Of a DNA stretch of 64,000 nt, positions 1 to 9,622 are shown piece after piece. Below the pieces are notes generated by a model. That model was given only the letters and a program-made list of their open reading frames with translations, searched no databases and was not told where the DNA came from. A program made the position numbers and the translations under genes. Each line of letters begins with the position of its first letter. Positions within the stretch are counted from its first letter, which is position 1. The stretch is from Candidatus Cloacimonadales bacterium (lineage in GTDB: Bacteria > Cloacimonadota > Cloacimonadia > Cloacimonadales > JAIOQZ01), in contig OY762463.1 of NCBI GenBank assembly GCA_963665815.1, positions 1,440,001 through 1,504,000 on the forward strand. Direction: 5' to 3'.

Positions 1-926
1 ACAGTTTTTGGATTAAGACTGTCTGCTGCTATAAGCCTGCAGGCATCTACTATTGAATACTTTGGATCATCGGGTGAAAGTCCTGAGTTTGCATCATCTC
101 CATCCATGGATATATACAAATCAGAATTTACAGGAGTTATGTGTCCTCTGAGAATATCAAACTGCATGGGATTACCCGTGTTTGAAGAGTAAAAACTCCA
201 GTAATTTGCATAATATCGGGATGCTACTGCTTCACTGAATTTATCAAGATAAATCATAGTTACAGTGTTGTAATCTCGTGGTATGGCATAACAATTGATA
301 TCCATACCACTGTAAGCAAGATTATTGTAAATACTGCATCTGTTGACTGAAGAGAAGATTATTTCTGAATTTATCTCAGGTTCGTACTCTACCCCCCCAC
401 CCTTCCAGGCAAAGTTATCGTGAATATCAAGTCCGGCTAACTCAATATCTACTTCACCGGATATAAATATTCCCCCCCCGGCAAGAACAACTCGGTTATC
501 ATAAATTTCGCAATTAGTAATCTTCATATCACCATAAGCCTTAATGCTGATACCCCCACCCACAACACGGTCTTCTCCGTAACCATTGGTAATTGTAAAA
601 CCCCTTATTTCTGCATTGTTAACCTGCTGGTCCCAGATTTCTATTACCTTGCCGACACCACAGCCATTTAGTATGGTTTCTGCAATATAATGATCTTCTC
701 CGGTTAGTGCTTCCATAGAGTAAAGCTTTATTGATCTACCGTTAAAATTGAGGTTTACAGCATAAAATCCCGGATATACAAGTACTATATCACCATCGGA
801 TGAGCTGTCTATCGCCTGCTGTATATCGGTAAAATCTCCGCTGCCATCGAGGTTTACAGTGTGGGTAGCACTTATCAGAAGTATTGGTATCAATGTAACT
901 ATCAGTATTGCAAGCTGCTTTTTCAT
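1..926 (-). CDS. Secreted right-handed beta-helix (pectin-lyase-fold/DUF1565-like) protein, 5' part; runs off the window edge
   Basis: Manual translation from ATG 926 (not in the ORF track): MKKQLAILIVTLIPILLISATHTVNLDGSGDFTDIQQAIDSSSDGDIVLVYPGFY...GFTITNG...GGGI...LYISMDGDDANSGLSPDDP. Open to position 1, with a signal peptide and beta-helix motifs. Confidence 0.8.
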   Translation of the reverse strand, partial: MKKQLAILIVTLIPILLISATHTVNLDGSGDFTDIQQAIDSSSDGDIVLVYPGFYAVNLNFNGRSIKLYSMEALTGEDHYIAETILNGCGVGKVIEIWDQQVNNAEIRGFTITNGYGEDRVVGGGISIKAYGDMKITNCEIYDNRVVLAGGGIFISGEVDIELAGLDIHDNFAWKGGGVEYEPEINSEIIFSSVNRCSIYNNLAYSGMDINCYAIPRDYNTVTMIYLDKFSEAVASRYYANYWSFYSSNTGNPMQFDILRGHITPVNSDLYISMDGDDANSGLSPDDPKYSIVDACRLIAADSLNPKT

Positions 927-938
927 AGGTTTCCTTTA

Positions 939-1140
939 ATATCTCACTCCATTCGCAAGGTCTTAAGACCATTGCGAAGGTGTGAGATATATTTATTTAT
1001 TGAAAAACACTCCATAGCGATTCGCAGAATGGGCATAGCATTTTCCAATTGGTTTTACACACCCTAAATCGAATAAGTTCGATAGGGTACGATATTTTCC
1101 AACCATTGCGGAGGTCTTAAGACCATTCGCAAGGGGAAAA
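939..1140. repeat. Two REP-like imperfect palindromes (CCATTCGCAAGGTCTTAAGACCATTGCGAAGG family)
   Basis: Hairpins at 939-990 and 1095-1140. The same motif family recurs at 42266-42356, 42532-42623 and 43555-43645. Confidence 0.75.
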
Positions 1141-1142
1141 TA

Positions 1143-3683
1143 CTATTTCAACATTATCATTTTGTTTATCAGCGATGATTTTTTGGTTTTGATTTTATAG
1201 AAATATACTCCGGAACTAACGCTCTTGTTGTTTTCGTCTGTTCCGTTCCATTTTATTGTATGATGTCCGCTTTCTTTATGTTCATTTACAAGCTGTTTAA
1301 CTTTTTGACCTTTTATGTTGTACACTTCGATACAAACATTGCTTTCTTCAGGAAGACTGTATGATATGGTTGTGGTTGGGTTAAACGGGTTAGGGTAGTT
1401 CTTACAGGCAAAAGAATAAGCTTCCGGAGCTTCTTCTTCCTTATAATCATGCTCAACATAAGAAATTCTGACTCTCTGATGTTCAGGACTCAGTCTGATA
1501 TCCTTTTCCATATACTTTTTCTGTTCCGCATCATAAACTTGCAGATTCTCTGAGAAAACCTCTTCACGTTCTCCATACCATTTTACAATATCAATATTGG
1601 CATCATAAAGGTCATCTGTAACATATGCGAATACTGCAGCATCCTGACCATGAACAACAGAAGCACCAATACATTCACCATTGGCATATACAGCAATTTC
1701 CTGAGGAATATCATCCGGAGCGAACTCAAATACAAATGTATTATAATCAGCTTGTTCAGTATAGTCAAAGTAATTTAGATCCGTATCTGCCTCAATATTA
1801 TTGAAAACAGTAGTAACAACACTTCCACCACCTGTGGACACAAATCCTTCATCCCAGATGAATGACGCAGGATTTTCAGTTTCAACAACTATCATGTCAC
1901 CGTATTGCACACCATCATAATAATCCATATTTGCCACGCCTTCCCAGGTGATAATCATCTGAGAAAACAGACTGTCTCCTATAATTTCTACGTGTTTTTC
2001 GTAAGACCAATATTGACCATGAATACTCTTTAGCTGGTTGCCTAAAGTACCTCCAAAAGCTGCCGTTGGTGACGTAGATGATTCCGAACCATAATAGCAA
2101 ACCCAGGTTTCTACTTTACCAAATGGTATACTTACCGGTTCATCATTTCTTATGCATACCCCATGATAATTATTGATCGCTGCCCCGTTATCTATCTGTA
2201 CTTTATATCCTTTATATTGTTTCAGTATCTCGGAGTTATCGCTCCAATTTCCTTCATCATTTTCTGATGTTGCAATAGTCATATCCTCATCAGCATAATC
2301 TGGTGTCTGATAACTGAATTGATGAACAGTAAATGGATCGTCATCCTCCATAAAATCAGCAAAGAAACCATCTAACTGGTCATGGTTACCAATTGGGTCA
2401 ATAACAGGGAAACCTACCCAGAACCAGTTCTCGGTTTTAGGGTCATCCGTATCAAACTGGTAGTTAAGGCGTTTGTCTTCAAATTGTATTGCACCGATAT
2501 CTGTTGTAGTTCCGTCCTGCTGGATTTCAACTCCAATCAATGGAGATTTTCCTTCATCATCCCAGATCAGGGAATAATCATCATTATCAGGGTCTGCAAA
2601 CATCGGATTAGTTTCTACTGAAAGATTCGGGAACATTACTGATGAATAATATGGATCAAAGAAGTCACTTTCTATTGCTTCACAGACAGTATTACTAAAT
2701 ACAGTATTAGTTTGTACTCCGGTTGGATAATCAATATAGCAATTAGAAATGTTTGCTGTAAAGTTCCATGGATCTGTTGTATACCCCAGATATGCACCAT
2801 GATACTGATTATCAAAATAATGACCGTCAAGAATAGTACATTTATTCAGATTTAAAAAGCGTGTTTCTATTTCCGGACTAAACTCATTATAGTTATCATA
2901 CATCAAGACATTTTCCATAGTTACTGAGTTGGCTTTAATTGTACTGCATATATACCCTGTTAGATTCAAATCCTCAGCACTGTTGTTGTAAATGAAAGAG
3001 TTTCTTATTGTTACTCCTCCTGAGACATTCAGTACAGCAGAACCATACTGATAATCACCATCAGTGATTGACATGTTTTCCAATGTTATATTTGAACCTG
3101 TAACTTGTATTACCGGATTAGTCCCTACTCCTTTCAATATTGTTTTATCTGGTCCAGCACCTCGTAGTGTAACATTATTATTATATATATAGACAAATCC
3201 ATGAAATGTACCTTCAGGGACGTTAACTACACTGTTTGCGGGAGCATTAGCTATCATTGTCTGAACAGGACTGATAGAACCGATTCCTTCCTGATAAAAC
3301 TGAACAAGACATGGATCACCATAAAAATCGTTGTTCTGGTAGATTTGAAGGTAACAGCCTCCATTCCTTGAAACCGGATCTGAATTAGCCGATATATTAA
3401 ATGTAAAAGTGAAATACTGGACATTATTATAAGAGTGATAACTATAACTTCCAAGTGAAATCCAGGAAGGAAATGCAGCTCCACTGTTATGAATACCAAT
3501 AAATTGATTTGCAGTTAAATTTCCCCCGGTTACATATACATCGATATCAATTGATGTTGCTCCGAAACTTACATAATGTGGTCCGGGAACTTCTTGTTGA
3601 AATCCAGAATCAGCAAAATTGGTTGTCGAGAATAATCCACAAATTAGCAGATTAGCTAAAACTAAGAGAATATTTCTTTTCAT
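1143..3683 (-). CDS. Secreted protein: BACON-like N-terminal domain, beta-helix, C-terminal FlgD-Ig/T9SS-like sorting domain
   Basis: Start re-assigned to ATG 3683 (RBS GAAGGAG, signal peptide MKRNILLVLANLLICGLF). C-terminus NYPNPFNPTTTISYSL...SSGVYFYKIK...KMIMLK. Confidence 0.85.
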   Translation of the reverse strand: MKRNILLVLANLLICGLFSTTNFADSGFQQEVPGPHYVSFGATSIDIDVYVTGGNLTANQFIGIHNSGAAFPSWISLGSYSYHSYNNVQYFTFTFNISANSDPVSRNGGCYLQIYQNNDFYGDPCLVQFYQEGIGSISPVQTMIANAPANSVVNVPEGTFHGFVYIYNNNVTLRGAGPDKTILKGVGTNPVIQVTGSNITLENMSITDGDYQYGSAVLNVSGGVTIRNSFIYNNSAEDLNLTGYICSTIKANSVTMENVLMYDNYNEFSPEIETRFLNLNKCTILDGHYFDNQYHGAYLGYTTDPWNFTANISNCYIDYPTGVQTNTVFSNTVCEAIESDFFDPYYSSVMFPNLSVETNPMFADPDNDDYSLIWDDEGKSPLIGVEIQQDGTTTDIGAIQFEDKRLNYQFDTDDPKTENWFWVGFPVIDPIGNHDQLDGFFADFMEDDDPFTVHQFSYQTPDYADEDMTIATSENDEGNWSDNSEILKQYKGYKVQIDNGAAINNYHGVCIRNDEPVSIPFGKVETWVCYYGSESSTSPTAAFGGTLGNQLKSIHGQYWSYEKHVEIIGDSLFSQMIITWEGVANMDYYDGVQYGDMIVVETENPASFIWDEGFVSTGGGSVVTTVFNNIEADTDLNYFDYTEQADYNTFVFEFAPDDIPQEIAVYANGECIGASVVHGQDAAVFAYVTDDLYDANIDIVKWYGEREEVFSENLQVYDAEQKKYMEKDIRLSPEHQRVRISYVEHDYKEEEAPEAYSFACKNYPNPFNPTTTISYSLPEESNVCIEVYNIKGQKVKQLVNEHKESGHHTIKWNGTDENNKSVSSGVYFYKIKTKKSSLINKMIMLK

Positions 3684-3698
3684 TCTTTCTCCTTCTGT

Positions 3699-3807
3699 GG
3701 AAATGAGAAAAAACTTGCACACAAATCATAATCCTGCAATAATGTATTCAGGAAATGGGTTTGTTGCGGTCTTCTTGCCGGAAGCTATTGTTTGCATTCT
3801 CATTTCC
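3699..3807 (-). promoter_or_regulatory. Candidate structured 5'-leader upstream of the 1143-3683 gene
   Basis: Perfect 11-bp inverted repeat GGAAATGAGAA/TTCTCATTTCC, extended inward by TGCAAACAA/TTGTGTGCA, enclosing two small hairpins. Ends just before the RBS. Confidence 0.4.
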
Positions 3808-4164
3808 GTTTTTTTGATACTATAATATTGTCATTTTGAAATTGAGTATTTTGGAAACCAGATTACTACATTAAGAGAACCTTACACAGGGAAAAATACA
3901 TACTTATAAAGAAACACAACTACATATCTGCAAGAATTCAAAATATTGTCTAAGAGCTTTTATCTGTTGAAACTGTAGATGAATTTCATCGAAGCTCTTT
4001 AAATTCTACACCGATATAAAACTTTCCATTTGATCAATTGAGAACAAATCTGGGGGAGGCATGTCAAGGTATTTTTGCGTATTTTGGAATCCCCCCGTTT
4101 TTTCTTGAAAATCTGACTTCAAGAAAATTGGAAGGATTTTTAGCAGACATTTCTTAGAAAAATG

Positions 4165-4345
4165 CACTATTCATTTTCTTTGGTGCCAAAGAAAACGAAA
4201 CAAAAGAAAATTGAGAAGTTGATGAAATTGTAAATTTCATCGAAAAGCACTCTTTTTAAAATGTATTTCCAGTAAACTGGAACCATGAATTTTCCCTAAA
4301 ATCCTTCCAAGGCTTCAGGATTTCTTAACGGTTAAATTTATTATA
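4165..4345. repeat. Dispersed REP/MITE-like mosaic element, also found inside the 11.9-12.1 kb repeat
   Basis: TTCATTTTCTTTG..CAAAG.AAACGAA.CAAAAGAAA and TTCCCTAAAATCCTTCCAAGGCTTCAGGATTTCTTAACGG are shared with 11962-12090. Palindrome TTGATGAAATT-n-AATTTCATCGAA at 4219-4244 also occurs at 7334-7360 and 11883-11909, and inverted at 6958-6983. Confidence 0.7.
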
Positions 4346-4805
4346 CAGTAAAAAAAGAGAAAATACTATCTTCAATGCAAAACAATCATACTTAGTTCAA
4401 AGCTATTACATTGATTCATATTTTCCACTGATTTAATGTTTCAAAACTTTTATTTATAATAAGTTATACATACATTGTATTTGGGTTTCGGGGGGATGCA
4501 TGATTTTTTTCAATAATGAGGATACTTTGACATTTATTGATTAGTTATTCATTCACCCACTAATTATGAATCCTCCTCCCCCACAATTTTCTCTGCTTTC
4601 ACACAATTAATTTCTACTCTCTTAACAAACTCTGATATATCTTTTATGTAGGAAGTTCTGTAATTATGACCAAAAGTTTTCTTTAATTCAATATTTTAAG
4701 AACGAATACACATAATGGAGAAAAGTAAAAAATTGTCTTGACGTAATTTAAGGGTTTCAAGTCCTATCCTCCATCTTGAAGACACTAAGAAAAAAGGAAT
4801 TTAGC

Positions 4806-6872
4806 GTGAATATTGAGAAACTCAGAAATATAGGCATCAGTGCTCATATAGACTCAGGTAAGACTACTCTTACCGAAAGAATTTTGTATTATTGTAATAA
4901 AATACACAGAATAGGCGAAGTACGCGGGAAAGACGGTGTTGGAGCCACAATGGACTCCATGGAACTGGAAAAAGAACGCGGCATTACAATCTCCTCCGCT
5001 GCGACCAACGTAGAGTGGAAAGACCACCCTATTAACATTATTGATACCCCCGGACACGTTGACTTTACCGTAGAAGTTGAACAGGCCCTGCGTGTTCTGG
5101 ACGGAGCAGTACTCGTGCTGTGCTCAGTTGGTGGCGTGCAGTCACAATCTTACGTCGTAGACAGACAGATGAAACGTTACAACGTTCCAAGACTGGCATT
5201 CATTAATAAATGCGACAGAGTTGGAGCTAATCCGGAAAAGGTAACGGAACAGCTCTGTGAAAAACTCGATCACCATGCAGTAATGATGCAGATTCCTATT
5301 GGACTCGGTAACGAGTTTGAAGGAATTATCGATCTTGTAAAAATGGAAGCTCATTTTTATGAAGGAGCAAACAACGAGCAGGTACTTATTAAAGAAATAC
5401 CTGAAGAATATATGGAAGAAGCAAAACATAAGAGAGAAGAAATGATCGACCAGATTACTCTCTACTGTGATGATCTTGCAGAAGCATTCCTCGAAGGCGA
5501 AGAAACCGAAGAAATGATTTACGAAGCTGTTAGAAAAGGTACGATTTCTCTGGCACTTACACCTGTATTTGTTGGTTCTGCTTTCAAAAACAAAGGTGTT
5601 CGTATGCTTCTTGATGCGGTGCTGCAATACCTGCCTTCTCCAAAAGATATCGAGAACCATGCTCAGGATATGGATAATGATGGTGAAGATGTTCTGCTTG
5701 AATGTACTCCGGACAAACCATTTGTCGGTCTTGCCTTCAAACTTGAAGCTCAGCAGTATGGACAACTCACGTACATCAGAGTTTATCAGGGAAGCCTCAA
5801 TAAAGGCGACAACCTTGTAAACAGACGTACAAGGAAAAGAATAAAGGTTGGACGTCTTGTAAGAATGCACGCAAGCAGTATGGAAGACATTACATACGCC
5901 AGAGCAGGAAACATTGTAGCTCTGTTTGGTGTTGACTGTGCTCTTGGTGATACGTTTACGGGCGAGGATATCAATTACTCACTGAGAGAAACTTTTGCTC
6001 CTGAACCAATTATTTCGCTGGCTCTCATTGTGAAAGACACTAAGTCAAATGATCAGCTTTCCAAAGCCCTTAACCGTTTCACCAAGGAAGATCCTACTTT
6101 TAAAGCTTATATTGATGAAGAAACATCAGAAACTATTATCTCCGGTATGGGAGAACTTCACCTTAACGTATACGTGGAAAGAATAAGACGTGAATACGGT
6201 GTTAATGTTGATGTTGGAGCACCTAAAGTTTCTTACAGAGAAACATTCAAGAAACACGTAACATTCGATTATACACATAAAAAACAATCCGGTGGTCGCG
6301 GACAGTACGCAAGAGTCCAGGGAACGTTCTCACCATCAGGTTCAGATGAGAACATTTTTGAAGATAATATCAAAGGTGGAGTTATTCCATCCAACTATAT
6401 CCCGGGCTGTGAAAAAGGCTTTTTCAATTGTATGGATAAAGGTCAGATCACAGGATTTCCTCTTGTAGGTGTCAAAATGACGCTTGACGATGGTAATTTT
6501 CACCCGGTAGACTCATCTATGCTTGCATTTGAAGTTGCTACGAGAGATGCTTTCAGAGAGCATTACGGACAAAGCAGTATTAAAATCCTTGAACCGGTTA
6601 TGAATGTTTCCATTGATACACCATCCGAGTTCAGATCTAATGTACTTGCTGTTGTGAATCAGAGACGCGGTTTAATTACAGATACAGTCGTAGAAGATCA
6701 CTTTACCAAGATTGAAGCCGAGATTCCTTTAAGCGAAACTTTTGGTATGGCAACAGTAATCAGATCATCCACTCAGGGAAAAGCCGAGTTCACAATGATG
6801 TTCAGTTCCTACAAGCCTGTTCCTGCTCAGATAGAAGAAGAGCTTATTCAGGAAATGAGGAACAAAAAGTAA
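4806..6872 (+). CDS. fusA: Elongation factor G, stand-alone paralog (spdEFG1/mtEFG1-like)
   Basis: [43 protein letters not shown]. Probable GTG start at 4806 after AAGGAA. Not in an rpsL-rpsG-fusA-tuf operon. Confidence 0.95.
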   Translation: MNIEKLRNIGISAHIDSGKTTLTERILYYCNKIHRIGEVRGKDGVGATMDSMELEKERGITISSAATNVEWKDHPINIIDTPGHVDFTVEVEQALRVLDGAVLVLCSVGGVQSQSYVVDRQMKRYNVPRLAFINKCDRVGANPEKVTEQLCEKLDHHAVMMQIPIGLGNEFEGIIDLVKMEAHFYEGANNEQVLIKEIPEEYMEEAKHKREEMIDQITLYCDDLAEAFLEGEETEEMIYEAVRKGTISLALTPVFVGSAFKNKGVRMLLDAVLQYLPSPKDIENHAQDMDNDGEDVLLECTPDKPFVGLAFKLEAQQYGQLTYIRVYQGSLNKGDNLVNRRTRKRIKVGRLVRMHASSMEDITYARAGNIVALFGVDCALGDTFTGEDINYSLRETFAPEPIISLALIVKDTKSNDQLSKALNRFTKEDPTFKAYIDEETSETIISGMGELHLNVYVERIRREYGVNVDVGAPKVSYRETFKKHVTFDYTHKKQSGGRGQYARVQGTFSPSGSDENIFEDNIKGGVIPSNYIPGCEKGFFNCMDKGQITGFPLVGVKMTLDDGNFHPVDSSMLAFEVATRDAFREHYGQSSIKILEPVMNVSIDTPSEFRSNVLAVVNQRRGLITDTVVEDHFTKIEAEIPLSETFGMATVIRSSTQGKAEFTMMFSSYKPVPAQIEEELIQEMRNKK

Positions 6873-6954
6873 CCCCAACAAACTCATATAGATCAAGAGT
6901 ACTTTGCTTGATAAGAGCTTTGCATAATATCACAACCAAATAGCTTTGGTGAAA

Positions 6955-7045
6955 AGTTTCGATGAGATTTTTGAATTCATCAAGAAAGTTTCTTTAAGAA
7001 GCATATTCTGGTGCAGAATTTGATGAATCATAAAATCGAATCAAC
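6955..7045. repeat. Dispersed inverted-repeat element, second copy at ~30543-30627
   Basis: GAGATTTTTGAATTCA(T/A)CAAGAAA...AGAATTTGATGAAT..TAAAAT is present at both loci. Confidence 0.6.
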
Positions 7046-7164
7046 TATTCAGGTTAGGCAAAGATTTCTTATCGAATACCAACCTTGCTGCAATGAACTC
7101 GAGAGTAACAGAACATTTGACCTTGGTTTTATAACTAAGGTCTCACAAGATTCCTTCTCAAAAC

Positions 7165-7196
7165 AAAACAGTCACCCGTCAGTGACTGTTTTTTTT
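7165..7196. terminator. Rho-independent, probably bidirectional terminator downstream of fusA
   Basis: AAAACAGTCAC-CCGTCA-GTGACTGTTTTTTTT. Confidence 0.75.
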
Positions 7197-7201
7197 ATTG
7201 T

Positions 7202-7572
7202 GAAAATACCAGTGTTTCATACTGTACTCCTCACTTTTAGGTGGTTATAAATTGCCTTTCTTGTTTTTGAAGTTGAACTCCCTTCATTTTCTTTAAATGA
7301 CTGTAAAAAGATACTTTCTCATTAACGGACTAGTTGATGAAATTAGGAAATTTCATCGAATCCGATTAGAACAAGGTATCCGGTTTTTGAAATTCACACA
7401 CAAATGCTGTTAAGCGTTACCAATTATACATTATCGGGTATTTTCCACCCACACAACAAAATAACAGTGCAATTGTTAATAGAGTTTCAGGAATTTGTCA
7501 ATAAATAAGTTTGTGGATTATGGGACTTTTGTCAGAATTGTCAAAGTGTGTTGTTATAAGTGGTAAATAAAA
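7202..7572. repeat. Long direct repeat copy A (minigene + core + cassette trailer)
   Basis: High identity to 9096-9178/9390-9589 and 11750-11920/12156-12288 by visual alignment. Confidence 0.9.
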
Positions 7573-7618
7573 TTTGTCACAATTCTGATTTGGATCTAGT
7601 ATGTGCCTTATACCATAA

Positions 7619-8028
7619 CTATGAAGAAACTAATGCATCGACACTTGATACAGGTATTGCATCAGAACCTGTATAATTTTGGTCTGTACTGATATCCCAA
7701 GTTTTGTTGTTTATATATTCATCAGTAGCATTAACAAATATTGTGTTCCCATTTGCATTACCTGTTGATGCGTTTATAATTAATTGGCTACACATTGAAG
7801 CAGTAAAATAATTAAACGTCCCAGTCCAAAAATATGAGTCATTTATAACTTTGATTTGAGTATGCCCATTCACATTTAGATCAAAGATTGGTACCTGCAA
7901 ATTAATCATGAAATTCATTGTAACTAGCCAACCTAGATTCCACAGTGCTTCTTCAAAAAGATCAGTGATTACACTTTCAAAGATAACTGGTAGATCAATA
8001 GCATTATTACAGAAATTATTGATCGCAT
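7619..8028 (-). pseudogene. Disrupted secreted-protein gene (cassette 1, gene 2)
   Basis: RBS GGAGG + ATG 8028 gives signal-peptide-like MRSIISVIMLLIYQLSLKV* (stop after 19 codons). A different frame (track ORF 7619-8050) carries the downstream coding-like sequence. Confidence 0.55.
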
Positions 8029-8999
8029 AGTACCTCCCTTTCAAGATCACGCAACAATTCCCTCATTTTTTCAAACATTTCTTCGTAATTATTATATTTT
8101 GTAACATATTCATCCAGTGCTTCTCCCATAGTTGCATAAATAACTCCTTCGGGATAAATTGGAGGATAGATTTTCGGTTTCCCTCCCGAGATATCATATA
8201 TTGCTGTGCTATTGGAAATATAGGAATCATTAATGAAAACTTCAGAGTTTTCGTTTGGTGATACATCAGTTGTTTTGACGAAGCGATAATCGTAGTTAAT
8301 AAGATATATTTCACCTATCTCAAATTTTCTCAAATCGTTTTGCATAACTATATCAATTTCAACTTCATGGTTTTCTAACAAATTAAATGGTGTTTCCAGT
8401 ACTTTAAACTTATTATGAAGTGTTCTTCCATACTTATCACTTTCAGTGTAATTTTCAAGCTGAACTAAAGCCCAATAATCATATCGTTGTAGAACAGACA
8501 ACATAATGTAATTATTATTGCTTTTAATGAATCTCCTCCATAATTTTCCTCTTATGCTTGAAATCTTGGGCAGATTTCTAAGAATATTTCTTCCACGTTG
8601 TTGCATTTCAATTATTGTGTTTGGGTTCAACATCAATGATCTAAGCTCATCAGCACTATATAAATTTGGTCGAAGTGCTCCTTCATAGTTTGAGTTAATG
8701 TAATTCATTTCTGCCCAGAATTTTTTATGATAGATCTTAATCTTTATATCATAATAAACAATTTTCATTAGGGTTCTGTCATCAAAATTATCTAAGTATT
8801 TTTCAGTTATGCTATTTAGATTTTTCCCCGGTTCCCACTGCTTGTGTATCTCCGTCATAGCTTTTCTGAAGAATTCCATATACTCTCTGACCATTGGGAC
8901 ATCTTCCCCGGTAACGCTGGAGTATTTAAGTTTTATTTCATCGGCACACATACTTGCTGTAACAAGTGTAATTAATGCCAGTATTATTAGTTTTTTCAT
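8016..8999 (-). CDS. Secreted hypothetical protein (cassette 1, gene 1)
   Basis: 327 aa, signal peptide MKKLIILALITLVTASMCA, RBS AAGGAAAAG, promoter TTGACA-16-TAAAAT immediately upstream. Confidence 0.8.
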   Translation of the reverse strand: MKKLIILALITLVTASMCADEIKLKYSSVTGEDVPMVREYMEFFRKAMTEIHKQWEPGKNLNSITEKYLDNFDDRTLMKIVYYDIKIKIYHKKFWAEMNYINSNYEGALRPNLYSADELRSLMLNPNTIIEMQQRGRNILRNLPKISSIRGKLWRRFIKSNNNYIMLSVLQRYDYWALVQLENYTESDKYGRTLHNKFKVLETPFNLLENHEVEIDIVMQNDLRKFEIGEIYLINYDYRFVKTTDVSPNENSEVFINDSYISNSTAIYDISGGKPKIYPPIYPEGVIYATMGEALDEYVTKYNNYEEMFEKMRELLRDLEREVLCDQ

Positions 9000-9589
9000 A
9001 CTTTTCCTTTTTTCTTGATTTTAGTTATTTCGTTTTACTTGTCAAATTTTACAGTTTTGTTGTTAACTAATTCTTTGTACTATCTGCCTGCCTACGGAAA
9101 ATACCAGTGTTTCATACTGTGCTCCTCACTTTTGGGTGTTATAAATCGCCTTTCTTGTTTTTAAAATTGAACTACCTTTTCGACTCTGCATACAATGTGC
9201 AAAACAGGTTTTTGTCGTCTTCTTTGTACAAAGAATATTCCCTTTCCCGACTTTATCGGGACTCAGGGAGCTTTTATATTGATATTTACCAATAAGTTAA
9301 GTTGATTGAGCCCCGAAGAATCGGAAAAATTTACTATACAATGATAAAGAAACATTATGCAGAAATTTCTTAATTAGAAGGGCATTTTAATAAGGTATCC
9401 GGTTTTGAAATTCACACACAAATGCTGTTAAGCTTTACCAATTCTAGATTATCGTGTATTTTCCACCCACACAACAAAATAACAATTTAATTTTAAAGAG
9501 GTTTCAGGAATTTGTCAATAAATAAGTTTGTGGATTATGGGACTTTTGTCAGAATTGTCAAAGTATGTTGTTATAAGTGGTAAATAAAA
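8990..9589. repeat. Long direct repeat copy B (cassette leader, minigene, unique REP-like insert, core, trailer)
   Basis: 8990-9178 matches 11643-11832; 9322-9520 matches 12088-12288; 9390-9589 matches 7372-7572. Confidence 0.9.
9092..9115 (-). CDS. Putative 7-aa minigene MKHWYFP inside the repeat
   Basis: GAGGAG-CACAGT-ATG AAA CAC TGG TAT TTT CCG TAG. Copy C (11746-11769) ends CCA TAA; copy A (7179-7220) reads MKHWYFHNKKNSH*. Confidence 0.45.
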   Translation of the reverse strand: MKHWYFP

Positions 9590-9622
9590 ATCGTAAAAAG
9601 AATTTTGAAGATCCGAGAAGCT

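Noticed and set aside
392-479. G7/G8 tracts as phase-variation sites in the first gene
   Set aside because: They encode the Gly-Gly-Gly motifs usual in beta-helix proteins, and the frame is intact.
790-1067. Track ORFs 790-972 and 861-1067
   Set aside because: They overlap the real minus-strand gene starting at 926 and the REP hairpins.
5142-5870. 242-aa antisense ORF inside fusA, and similar shadow ORFs in glmS, ppdK, hyd and surface genes
   Set aside because: Antisense or alternate-frame shadows of well-supported genes, with no independent coding signal.
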